Below, piece after piece: positions 22,463 to 34,646 of a DNA stretch of 64,000 nt (position 1 is its first letter; each line of letters opens with the position of its first letter). The notes beneath the pieces were generated by a model. The model made no database searches. It was given only the letters and a program-made list of their open reading frames with translations, and was not told the DNA's origin. Source of the DNA: Takakia lepidozioides (lineage: Eukaryota; Plantae; Bryophyta); the NCBI GenBank assembly GCA_030704615.1, contig CM060732.1, positions 1,984,001 through 2,048,000 of the forward strand, written 5' to 3'. The position numbers and the translations under genes are program-made.

Positions 22463-25170
22463 CAAGACGCCTGAGGGCAAGACCTCTCGAACCCTCAAAA
22501 TAGCACGTCCTGCAGTCACATCCAAGGTCGTATGAGCAGTTTGCTGCAGATAGACATAGTCACCAGGGTTGAATCTCCGAACCCCAGGACGATAGCCCCC
22601 ACCACGTATGGTAGCATACCTCAACGTATCACGGTGTTGTGCAATGGCAAGGTTCTCGAAAGCCATGGGCATGACTCTCTTGAATAACTCTGCACGCTGC
22701 TCACATGCACGTGCCCACACGTCCGGATCGTCAAGGTTAAGAACTGTAGCAGCTTCTCTGCGAATGGATGTAGGCAAATCCGGCTCTCGGCCAAAGAGAA
22801 GAAAGTATGGTGAGAAGGAGGCAAGTGATGCTTGCTTGCTGAACCTGTAGCCCATGGCTAACCAGGGTAACTGAAGGTCCCAATCTCCTAGGTGTCCCTT
22901 CTGCAAGCCATACTTGCGCAAACCCCTCTTTACTGTCTGAACAACTCTCTCTGCCAAGCCATCGGCCTCAGGATGATCCCGAGAAGTGGTGCGGTGGTCT
23001 ATCAAGGCCTTGTCACACAAAGCCTGAAACTCCCCAAGAACTCTCTCCCTTGGTCCGTGAGTACCTCAGCTGGAGCACTGAATCGGCTAAGCACACAATC
23101 CAAGAATGCATACGCAGCTCCCTCACTAGCCTTATCAGGCAATGGAACCAATTCAATCCACTTGGAGAAGTGCTCCACCATCACCAACACGTACTTGTTG
23201 TGGCGCATGGTCAGTGGCAACGGCCCTGCGAAGTCAAGACTCCACTTGTAGCCCAATCCCATGATCGGAAGAGGGTGCAATTGTGGAGTAGGGGCGTTGA
23301 ATGAAGCACGCACCTTGTCACACACCATGCACCTAGCCACAAATTGTTGCACCTCTGTGTGCATACCACGCCACCAATACTGCCCCTGCAGTAGACTATG
23401 AGTGCGTCGCACCCCAAAATGCCCCAACTCCTCATGGGCATGCCGCACTAACCGTGCCCGCTGTGTTGGGTGAGGCACAATCCTCACTCGACCATCCTCC
23501 CACACTCGGAGCAGGTGTGTCCCCTCCCACTTGAACCTCTTGGCTCCTTGTAGGATCCGATCCCTCTCCTTGGCAGTCACAGTGGCTGCAGTGTCTCCAG
23601 TGCGGAGGTAGTCCAACACAACTGAATCCTCATGTATATCTTTTGTGCCACCTTGCTCCTTGTTGGCCTCAGGGTCCTCAGACACTTGATCTACAGTCAT
23701 CCCTGTTGCAGGTCCAACCTGGCCTTCCGCTGCCAAGATACACAGAAATGCAGATGCATGCCATCCGGGCACCATCTCCTCGTCCGTCTCACCATGCCAC
23801 CGAGCTCCAGTGTCATCCTGCTGGCTCGTGCATGGATTGCGACTCAACCCATCTGCATTGCGATTGACCAAACCCGGTCGATGCACCACCTGAAAGTCAT
23901 ACTCTTGAAGGATGAGTGCCCACCGTGCAAGCTTCCCCGTAAGCTTGTCTGACTCCATCAACCACTTGAGTGGTTGGTGATCCGTGACAAGGGTGAAGAG
24001 ATTGCCGTATAGATAGCACCTGAAGTGTGCCACGGCCCACACTGCAGCTAAGCATTCTCCCTCATATGAGCTATACTTAGACTCTGCAGCATTGTTCGAG
24101 CGGCTAGCATAAGCCACTACGAACTCTCTTCCCTCATCATCCACCTGTGTGAGCACCGCTCCAAGCCCCAGCATGCTCCAATCTGTATGCAGCTGAAAAG
24201 GACACCCCCTGATAGGTCGTCTCAAGATGGGCGCCGAGGTCAACCTCGCCTTGAGCTCTTGAAAAGCTTGTTCTTGCTCATCTTCCCACTGCCACTCCTG
24301 GTCCACCTTGGTCAGCTTGGTTAGAGCCTTTGCAATGGCACTAAATCCCTTAACAAACCGTCTGTAATAGTTTGCTAACCCCATGAAAGCTCGAACTCGG
24401 CTCACATCCGTGGGGCGTGGAACCTGTGCAATGGACTCTACCTTAGTCTGCTGTACCCCCAATCCTCCAGGATATATCATGTGACCCAGATACTCAATCT
24501 GGTTGTGGAAAAACTTGCACTTTCCCGGATATAACTTCAATCCGTGCGCCCTCAAGTGCTCAAATACCCCCTGAAGATGTCTCTCATGTTCCTCCACCAT
24601 AGCACTAAAGATGATGATGTCATCTATGTAGCACCGAGCAAACTCCACCCCTGCTAGAATCCTGTCCATGACTCTTTGAAACTCAGCGGGAGCGTTTTTA
24701 AGCCCAAATGGTAAGAACCGCCACTGGTATAGGCAATCCTTCCCGTGCTCATTGATCCCCCAGAATGCCGTCTTTTGCTTATCCGCCTCCTTGATCGGCA
24801 ACTGGTGATATCCGGATCGTAAATCCAACGTGCTAAAGACCTTGGAATGCCCAATGGCATCAAAGATCTCCTCTGGTGTCGGCATGGCATACCTATCGGA
24901 CTTGGTCTGACAATTTACAGGCCGGTAATCACCGCACATACGTCTCTCCGTCCAATTGCCATAGACATCCTTCTTGGCTGGCATCACTGTGGCTGAAGCA
25001 TACTCTCCACCAGAGAGCTCCACCAAACCTGCCTCCCAGAGATCTTGAGTCCTCATCTGAATCAAAGACCTCTCCATGTCACTGTATCTATAGGGTCTCC
25101 GAAAGATTGGCGTGTCAGTGGCCAACTCAATACGGATCTCTTGACCCTTCAGTGCTCCCAAGTCCTTCAA
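22463..25170 (-). pseudogene. pol: Reverse transcriptase - RNase H - integrase of copy 2 (one frameshift near 23035)
   Basis: RMCGDYRPVN, LDLRSGYHQ, LPFGLKNAP, CYIDDIII (RT); LHTDWS, YASR, TDHQPL (RNase H); HEELGH...CMVC, WSLDF, LTDQG, DGLAER (HHCC plus DDE). Ty3/Gypsy domain order. Confidence 0.96.
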
Positions 25171-25639
25171 ACTGAAGGCAAAGCAATTCCTGTAAGCCCT
25201 CAGGAACTGCCGTATACGTCGTCTCTCTCCTCCGGTGACAATGGGTCCAATGTCAGGCTCCCAATTGTCCTCCGTAACTGCAACCTTAAGTCCAGTGGGC
25301 TTAGAGTAGAGGACGCGTCCCGTGGTTGCTATGCTGCAACCTCTTGAGCAGTACTCCCTTCCTGCTCAGTCAATGACAAGGCCTCATCCTGCCCCATCAT
25401 CTCATCATTGAGAACCTCCTCATCCCGAGAAGAATCCCCAACCTCATCCATCACAGCTGCCTTGGCTGCCAACTCCCTCTGAACCTCGAGCACCTCCCAC
25501 GTGTGCCATGGATGTCTACACCCCGTGGTCCTCACCGGCTCGCCCCACTCGCTGCCTGTACCGTCTCGGTAGGCAGAGAGACCGTCAAGGGAAGTGCACT
25601 CCGCACTCTACGTTGCTCAGCCATAGCCAAGCTGATAAT

Positions 25640-26491
25640 CTAGGTCAAGCAATTGAGATCCATTGCTTGCCCCAACACCTGACGACGTGATGCCTCAAAA
25701 AGAGAAGGCACCGCCGTGGTCCCAGTGGAAAACCCCATAGCCCGCTCTCGCTCGTCGGCATTAGGCTCCACTAACTGCTGCAACTGAGCATCCCATAGGA
25801 GGCCATGTCCACCATCCCGAAAAGCATGGGATCCTGGGAAGCTGAGCAGTGTAGGTAATGTTGCTCGTGGTTGACCCACCCTATTGACCACTGCCAAAGG
25901 CGAACGGTCATCGTGTCTCACACGTTGAGACTGCCTTCCTGTGTCCAAAATGCCATCCACGGTGAGGTGTGCTGGCCGTTGCACCCCATCAAATGCACGC
26001 TTGAGCAGTGCGGGTGGCATCAAGTTAGTCCACCAAAGCCGTGGACGATGAGCCCGTGACCCCACTGCAGCTGCATCCAACAACACTGCTGACCCAAGCC
26101 ACGACCGGACTTGATGCACACTGGCCATCACCCTGGCCCGAGAATCACCCATCAGTGGCACATTCTCCAAGATGTATGCTGGAGATACAGCTTGATGAAG
26201 CTGCAAGTGGCGCAAAACCCGCACCATCTCCCAAAACAGACCCGTCCTTGAGTCTCGCAATCCATTGTCATGCCCGGCTGATGAATGCCCTTGGCAGGGC
26301 CAACCTGCCACTACCAGATCAATGGAGCCAACCTGCTCCAAATCCGGCGCCCCCAGCAACGAAATGTCTGCTGGCAAGGCTTGTTGGTATCCACGAACTG
26401 CAGACACTGGCAACAAAGCAGGGTACTGTTGTACCAACTGAGCAACATGGCGCAGTGAGACGCGTCGTGTAGTCTCATCCCTCTCCTGCAA
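25640..26491 (-). CDS. C5 cytosine DNA methyltransferase domain of copy 2 (open 283-aa frame, motif I lost by truncation)
   Basis: ADI (III), DLVVAGWPCQGHS (IV, catalytic Cys), DSRTGLF (V), YILENV (VI), AHRPRLWWTN (VIII), ERERAMGF (IX), RQVLGQAM (X). Confidence 0.92.
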   Translation of the reverse strand: MQERDETTRRVSLRHVAQLVQQYPALLPVSAVRGYQQALPADISLLGAPDLEQVGSIDLVVAGWPCQGHSSAGHDNGLRDSRTGLFWEMVRVLRHLQLHQAVSPAYILENVPLMGDSRARVMASVHQVRSWLGSAVLLDAAAVGSRAHRPRLWWTNLMPPALLKRAFDGVQRPAHLTVDGILDTGRQSQRVRHDDRSPLAVVNRVGQPRATLPTLLSFPGSHAFRDGGHGLLWDAQLQQLVEPNADERERAMGFSTGTTAVPSLFEASRRQVLGQAMDLNCLT

Positions 26492-27740
26492 ACAGAGAAT
26501 TGGGCGTGGCTCGGATATGCACTCTATTCTGGAGGTGAAGCGACGATGTGGATATGACTACATTCATGGAAGTAGGTTTTCAGGACAAGGGATTGAGGCA
26601 GATCGCTGTTTCATATTCAAAATGTCAACGTGTGGGCCTGGCAGCGGCGTCGAACTGGTCCACCGGATGACGAGTGGGGACTTGTCAAACAGTTGGGTCA
26701 TGTTTGACCATATCAAGCGAATTACAAATCACCAGTGGGTGACAATGGCTGCACATGTCTACGACACCCACTGCAGGATGCTAATGACAGATGGCTAGGG
26801 CAGGATTGCCCCCTCCCAATTTCCGTGGTTTCATGGCGGACAACGCACAAGCAAATTGGGCTGCCATCCGAAGGGTATACAGGGAAGACCCCAATGTTCC
26901 GATGAAAAGCAAGGAGAGATCTCGTGGGTTCCATTTTCTGCAGAGCTTGTCGCAGTACACAACCAAGCTCGTGGCGCCAGATTTCAGGAGCACCGTTCTA
27001 TGTGTCTTGCGTGGAAGCGTGCTCCCACCTTGGATGAGGCAGAGACACAGTTTGCATGTATACGGGCTTGGTGGACAACGTTAGGTGCTGTAAAGAAATC
27101 AGACGAGGGAGCAATGGTCAGTTGGCTAGCATGGTGGCATTATCGTTTCCTCCAGTTCGACGACAATATGCGGGAGGTGAGTTGGACGAATTTGCATCCC
27201 GTTGAATATTATGCTAGCTATTCATTATTTGTAATTTGCTTGTAAGCTCAACATGTGTATGTGCAGGAAATGTGTCTGGACTCCGACACCGACATGCCGA
27301 CAACAAACATGGCCGAATCAGTACATTCTTCCTGGCGTGCCTCCTCTGCGGCGCATCTGGTGGACATCCTCACTGCCACAACGGAGGACATTGTGAGGTC
27401 AATTATGCAGCAATGCAGGTACAACGAGTTCTTGAAAGGGAAATAGTGGGGCTTGGGGCCGGACAGGCATGAAATGCTGATGCGGACTGCCTCCAGATCG
27501 AAGAATCCTCGCAAGTGGGTGGCAGCCTTGCGAGAGGGCCTTCGGGACACGCCATTGCTTCGAAGTGGCCAACACTTGGAAGGAGATGTTCACACCCGTC
27601 CAGTGAGACGAAGACTTGACGAGGCACCTGGCGGAGAAGAGGATTCATGGCGAGCTGACAAGAATATTCACACGCTCCCTCGTGGTCCCGTGATTTTGCC
27701 CGAGGAGGTCTCGTCGAGCACCGCAAATCCGATGTCTGAA
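26491..27740 (+). pseudogene. Mutator-like transposase core (copy Y, paralog of copy X)
   Basis: WVMFDHIKR, FMADNAQANW, FHFLQSL, IRAWW...WLAWWHYR, intron 27177-27266 at the same position as in copy X, then TNMAESVH. Frameshifts and stops present. Confidence 0.75.
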
Positions 27741-28010
27741 AAAATGGCGCCGAATCTCCAGTTACATGGCCCAAGAACTGTCCAACATCTGTGCAATCCC
27801 TGACACCATGTACCGAAATTCGGCGCCACATTTCCAAATTTTGGGCTTACACACCTGTCATGTTGGGACCTATAGCCGCGAAATTCGGCACCATTTTTCG
27901 CCGGAGACACCTATTAACGCGAAATACGTCGCAGATTTCTCCGGTTGCGGAACCTATTACCGCGAAATTCGGTGCCATTTTTGCAGATGTCGCTCGGAAT
28001 TCGCATGAGC
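27740..28010. repeat. Direct and inverted CGAAATTCGG(C/T)(G/A)CCA repeats
   Basis: Copies near 27814, 27878 and 27961, an inverted copy near 27742, and degenerate copies in between. Confidence 0.6.
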
Positions 28011-29399
28011 GGAAGACGAAATATCATGAGCACGGCTCTCAAAACTACAATTTTTACTTCAAACAATGAATGTTATATTGGTTTTTTCTAACACATTCCA
28101 TTAAAATAATATTTTTTAATGTTTTTAATTTCCAAAACTTGTACTTCTGCTCATGAAAACCGATTGTCTTGCTACTCCGCTCATGCCGCTCATGCTCATG
28201 AAATAGCTAACCACGTCGTAGAACCTATGTGCCTGTAAAACAAGATGAAAATGATCGAGAAATAGCTTGAAAGAAGCACATGAAAGAGGCGAATCTTGCA
28301 TGTAGGGAGAAGGGAAGTAGAGCCGTTGGAGGACTGCTGACCAGTGTGAAGAGCCGCAGGGAGAGCTATGGCGAGGGATGGAACTAAGCTCGTAGCTAAG
28401 GGTAACTTAGCGGAACTTCTAAAGAAAGAGGTAATAACAGTAATAAAAGCGAAAAGATGGTGAAACCCTATAGAAGTAGTCATGGCTAAAAATTTAGCAG
28501 AATCTGGCGGCGGGAGGGCGGAGCTCCGCCCTGATTTGATAAGCCCGCAGTTACCCACAACTAGGTGAAGAGCCATGTGTTTGAATATGTGTACAACACC
28601 CGTGCAGAGATTCAACAGAAGGGATTAAAAATTAAAAATTAAAAATTAAAAAACTCCCTAACGACGCACTCACTCTTTCAACCAATTTTGAATTAAATCG
28701 AATTTAAATTATTCTAAAATAAATATTCGGATTCAGAATATCTAGGATTGCAGATTTTTGCTATGTAATGATTTTATTTTTTATTCTATTTTGTTCTGTG
28801 AATTCAACCCCCACACCATTACATCCATGCAAAAGATTGGACCCAAAAAAATATTTTTAAAATACGTGTTTTCTTCGCTCACTATTGCAAAACTCTTTAT
28901 GAAGAGTGCATGAAGTTGAAGAGAACTCAACCTTGGAGTGCAAATGAGGGAAGAAAATATGATTTTGGGTCCAGATGACGTCTGTTCACTGCCAAATTTT
29001 GCATGCACATTGCACATGTTGTCATTAAGCATATGACTTGAGAATGGAATAAAGAAAAATCATGTGCAGGCGAGACGTTGTTTTCCGTCTCTACGACACG
29101 TAGCTACGTTCATCACTTGAATGAGCCCATTGAATGAACTTGGTTCAAGCTGATCTTTGGTCCACATGTGCTTAAGTATGTCCAGATTACATATGCAAAG
29201 TCGTTGATGAAGTAGGGCTGTGGGATCGTCGTGCTTCTAAAGGGGACTCAATATTTGCCGTGTTTGGAAGTTTTGCCGTGTTCACATCTTTTTCCAAAAT
29301 ATACGCTTCCACAGTAATAGGCCCCCCTCTAAACCTTGTCCTCGGTTATAGGACTTGCTTCTCCTAAAAGATGAGCAACAAGAAGAAATATTCACGCTC

Positions 29400-30620
29400 A
29401 CACGTGCTGAGACCGATTGCCCAACAGACCTACTGTGAATAGACTGGAGGCACATCAGGTAGACTGCTCGTCGTATTTATTAGGTCCAGCATACTTACAC
29501 GAGCCCAACAGACCCACTGTGAACAGACTCGTGACACAACAGACTGATAAAGTGATAGTCTAACAGACTGATATCCATAGAGACCGAATGTCCACCAGAC
29601 CGACGGTTCAATAGATTGACGAGAGAAGAGGCCAAAAGACTGACGAGAGAAGAGACTGAGGGGAAAACATGAACATCGAAGGGACTAAGGACGTGGCACG
29701 AGTTCACTGGTGCCTCCTTGCCGCCGTCGTCGTATTTATAAGGTCTAGCGGACTCACACGGGCCCAACAGACCCACTGCGAACAGACTCGCGGCACAACA
29801 GACTGATAAAGTGACAGTGCAACAGACTGATGTCCCAAGACACCGACTTCCACCAGACCATCGGTTCAACAGACTAACGAGAGAAGAGACTGAGGCGAAA
29901 AGCAAAATATCGAAGGCACTAACGACCCAACAGACCCACTGCGAACATACTCGCGGCACAACAAACTGATATCATGAAAGTCCAACAGACTGATATCCCA
30001 AAAGACTGACATTCCACCAGACCGACGGTTCAATAGACTCGTGGGAGAAGAGGCGAAAAGACAGAAGCGAAAACCGGACTATCGAAGGGACTGAGGACGT
30101 GCCGCGAGTTCACTGGCGCATCCTTTCCGCATCCTTTCGCATGTAATAGGTCCAACAGACTTACACGCGGTGAGATTGAGGACCCAATAGACCCCTAGGG
30201 AACAGACTAGCGGCACAACATACTGACAAAGTGACAGTCCAACAGGCTCATATCCCAAAAGACCGACTAGCCACCAAACCGACGATTCAACAAACTGATA
30301 GAAGAGGGCAAAAGACTGACGAGACTGTTGATGGTGTGCGATTTCATTGGCGCCGCCTTTCTGCCGTTGTTGCAATTCATACGTCCACCAGACTTACATA
30401 TGCTGAGACTGACGTTCCAACATCTACTGATGGCACAATAGACTGATTGGTCAAAAGACTAACAAAGACACGGTCCAACATCATGTAGTACACAGACCGA
30501 CGGTTGAACAGACTGAGAGTTCATCATGCCTCCGGTCCAGTAGACAGAGAGGACATGAGAGTGACGGTCCAACAAACTGAGAGATCGTTCGATTAACGGT
30601 CCAGAAGACTGACAGGACGT
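29400..30620. repeat. Degenerate CAGAC-rich tandem repeat (about 160-260 bp units)
   Basis: CCCAACAGACCCACTG...GCACAACAGACTGATAAAGTGA recurs near 29420, 29504, 29763, 29927 and 30183. Confidence 0.8.
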
Positions 30621-33600
30621 GTGACAAACGCTTGACCCGGCCTCCACACGGACTGCGGTGCACCGGACCTACAAATAGATTGGCAGGCACACCCATACGT
30701 GCTTCATGTCCATCCGATATGAAGAAGTCCGTGGAAAGGTGCACTTGTTATGTCTCCTAAACAGTCCCATCGGTGGATATGAAATCTGCAATGTATACAC
30801 GCCCCCATGTGCATATGCTTCTACGATTTTCGCTATCATGTTACCCATGGTTTCCGTTGCAGTACGAAGGGGTGAAGCCTCTCATGACGGTTGCAGTACG
30901 AAGGGGTTAAGCGTATCATGACGGTTCACAAGCGGATGACGATATGGAGGACACATAAGGCATTTTGCATATTTATGGCATACATTAACCATACCATAAA
31001 GGTTTACTATAGCCCTGATTCGTAGCATGAGCCTGGATTGACGGGGCGTTGCATTCCAAGGAGTCGTCAGAACACAAACGACATAACATAACTTCCAGAC
31101 ACCACAAACGCAAAACGCCCATGCTCCATGACTTGTAAGATTTCTTCGTCAAAAAAGATCACGCTAGCACAATAAGAAGGCGAAAATAGTGGGAAGCATA
31201 TGCACGATGGTGGTTGTAGAGCCCCGCCACTCCTGTCATGTTGAGGCGCACCCTTCATCATCATGAACATCAAAGAAAACAAGAAGAACACCAGTGTGCG
31301 TGGAAACGCCTACCGTAACATCGGACAACAAAGAGCCCTCACAAGAGCCCACCCTAGCAATCTGGGATTTGGTGGCAAGTGGCAGGGATCATGCGATTTT
31401 CCTGCCCTAAAAATGGAGGGCTCGGATGGGTTTTAGGAATGGACGGTCCAGATCCGGCGCCGTCAGCGGACTGGCTGAGGGGACACGGGGCAACGGACTG
31501 CATGCCAAGGGACTGGCAGACTGGCAGACTAGAGGGTAGCGGACTGGAGGGCAGCGGACCGGGTGAGGGGATTGGCACAGCGGACTAGCCGCGGCGGACG
31601 GGGGAGCGGCTGAGCGCGGGCAGGGCTGCCGCGGGCGCGGCGAGTGGGCTGCGGTCGTGGGCGGAACTGGTCGTGGTCATAGCTAGAACGGCTGAAGCGG
31701 TCGTGGGCGACCACGTGCAGCGGCGGGCGCGGTGGGTTTAGGGGGAGCTAGGCCCCGTGTCCGTGTGCGGGGCCCACCATGGGCCTCGCGCGTGCGCATT
31801 GAAGACGCTATTATCTTAAAATGAGAGGCTTTCCATGCATGCACCCAAAACAAGTCTTAATAACCCCTGCCATATCTGAAAATATTTGAATTGCTTCCGT
31901 CCTAGAACTCCTATGGATTGCACGTTGGGACTCTTGCACATGTACGCCCTGTGTTTATACTTGGTATTAGAGTTTGAAACCTTGAATGGTCAGCGGGTCC
32001 ATTTTAAATTGAGCAGCCATTGTGTTTAATTTTAGCAGCCGTCATGGTCATTACGAAGTACAATCCTCCCCACATCCAAGCTAAACTTGTTTAGATAAGT
32101 GATTAAAGCATGCAAATCGTGCTTGCAGTTAACCTCCAGCTTTGTTATTAACCTGCATCCTATGGAGCATACTTAAGTACAAAAATACTATAGAATACTA
32201 GTCACCAACATATCCTATATGTAGGCAATCTCTCCATTGGTCCAACCAGTGACATTAACGCATCCATTTAAGGACTTCATCAACTACATTTGGTCACAAA
32301 TATAGGGGTCCATTCAAGGTCACGCACACATTTAGGTGTTTCTACCTTAAGTGGCCTTGCCACGCTGCACAGGGCGCTTACACAATATAAGGGCCGCGAG
32401 TGCCCTTCACATGAATAAGCACCCTAAAACTACGTCAAAAAGAATTTTCGACCTATGCTTTACAACTTTTCGTTTTGGGACCTTTGGAAATCTCTTTGTT
32501 CCAGATTGTATGTCTATATCGTGCATAAGATTGTATATATCCTTCTAACAAAATGCAACAAAGCTTGGGTTACATGTCTACACCTCTACTCCAATGCCCT
32601 CAGGACGAAAGGGCCCGCGAGCTCATCAAGAACTTTGATTCCTCTTGGGGATGGAGGGATATCCTCTATAGCATAGATGGTGGGAATTGAATTGCATGTT
32701 CAATTCAAATGGACTCCCTAGATGCTAATCACAACTCTCATGACGTGTGGCCTTCTCCAACAACGGTGGTGATGACAACAACTGGCAACACCAAAAGAAT
32801 CAAATTTGAAAGACAAAAGCACATCTTAACTTCGAGACATTGCACTACTTCTCCTAGTCCTTTAGCTTCTGTGATAGGTTTTTCATTGGTTGTGTGGGGC
32901 GGCTCTATTTTCCTTTTTCTATGCCATGATGCTGCTCGGTTCTCTAATTTTTTGTTCTTTTGCTCGTTCTTTTTAGTTTTTTTGGTTATTTGTAGTTGTC
33001 TCCTCTTTTCGCATGTTCTTAACTTGCTCTTGAGGTTTTATTGATAGTTGTTAGGTTTAGATAATTTTCTTGGCAGTTGGTGAACATGTTGTCATTTTTA
33101 GCTTCCAGTATGGTTTCCTCTAAGTTAGTAAGCCTTGAATGGCATTCTCCAAGGTTATTTTTCCTTGGATCTTACTTTGACTGAAACTGACTTCCTCCCC
33201 TTTCTAAAAAAGTAGATTAAAAAAGTGAAAATAAACTAAAAAAATAAAACTAACACCCAGCCTTTCAATGTAGAATAGTAGGGAGTATCAAAAAGTGTAA
33301 CAAAATACATGGAATACTACATGCAAACCCTGCCCTAATGTAATTATGAATAGGTTGTAAGAAAAAAACTTGTAGAGTGCTTATACTTTGTAGGAACAAT
33401 CCATGACCAATTTTTTTGCAACTGGTATCCTGGCCCAATGATGCATCCAGTTTACATATTTCATCTACCAATATGGATGAAATACTCCATGTACACCTGT
33501 CTTGAACTAATTAGTTTGCCATCGTGGTGTTATATTCGAGAACCCGAGGCGGGGCCAACAAACATAGAGGGTTAACTGAACACTTATGGAAGGAATAGAG

Positions 33601-34646
33601 GGACGGTACTTGTTCAGACTTTATGGCCCAATCATAGCATAGTAGTTTTTACAAGAGCAAAAGTTGTACAACCCTCAAAATTAAAATATGTCAGTGATGT
33701 TGATATAATTTGTTTCTTTTCTTGTCCCATAAGCTCTTTGAGCTCTTGATGGCCACTATAAAGTACCCTTTCATTTCATGATAACGGATATAATCTAATA
33801 TAATATGAATATAATATTTTACAGCAACATCTGGTCTGTGCAGATATGATAATACAATCTGGTGATGGCCCTCCACTTTTTCCTAGTGATTAGGCAAGAC
33901 ATCTGAATCTCCAGCTACTTGTATTATATCAACACACATGAGAATTCACAACTTGTGTCATCTCTGTTCCCCTCCTTGGCCCTGATACCTCTTCCTCATA
34001 TAATCCTGCTAGATCTTTCATGTTCAGATTCCGCGCAATAGTTTTGATCTGAATAAGACCACATGTCTAGTTTTCTTCAGTATGAATGTTATCTTATAAT
34101 AAATTGGTCAGTTGCCATCCTAGCATCTACACCACAACCAATAACTACCAACAACCCGAATGAAGGTCTCTCTGTAAATTGCTGGATATTAACTTTCATT
34201 TTGTTTCCTTCTTAAAACAAAACTTCACAAACTCCCGCTAGAGTAAGTAGTCATCTTTAGACACAAACAAGCTTCTAGACATGAATCTGCTCAGCAAGAT
34301 CAGTGGAAGATATTTTGGGACAAAGTACATAATTGCAGGGGAAGGTACCCTCCAAATGTGAGATTGAGAAAATTTGAACAAGCACTGTCTGACTGATCCA
34401 CATGTTGCCACCTCCATGCTGATGAGCACAGAACACTTCCGTGTGTGATCTGACTAATGTCAGCAAAATATCCAGTTCTATTCAAGCCGCAAAGAAATCT
34501 CCATCTGCATCCAGACAAGACAGACACCTCCAACTGATCTCTGGTGGAAGGAAAAAAGGCTCTTATCTTTTCATCTTCATGAACAGGTCAAAAAACCTGC
34601 AACTTTTCTCCAAGTTGCCTGAACTGCCTTTACACCATAGCCGTCT

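Larger units (their letters stand above)
21422..26490 (-). mobile_element. Gypsy-DNMT-PHD retrotransposon copy 2, 5'-truncated, with an internal 1.0-kb inversion
   Basis: DNMT-RT-RNase H-integrase on the minus strand (26490-22463). PHD, PPT, B1, A2 and most of B2 lie inverted at about 21440-22462. The last 19 nt of B2 are at 21440-21422. Confidence 0.92.

Noticed and set aside
10398-26490. DIRS/Ngaro tyrosine-recombinase retrotransposon, suggested by the split repeats
   Set aside because: The element has a protease and an HHCC-DDE integrase in Gypsy order. No recombinase ORF is visible, and only about 260 bp separate the PHD stop from the PPT.
11155-27910. Numerous antisense and overlapping ORFs of 60-225 aa in the TE cluster
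   Set aside because: These are shadow frames of GC-rich transposon coding sequence with no independent domain signal.
28624-28653. (ATTAAAA)n as an interstitial telomere
   Set aside because: Four units of an AT-only heptamer that does not match TTTAGGG-type repeats.
8175-31805. One giant element bounded by TIRs (TTGAATGCGC at about 8180 and GCGCATTGAA at about 31794)
   Set aside because: Only about 9 of 10 bases match, the similarity does not extend, and no TSD is evident.
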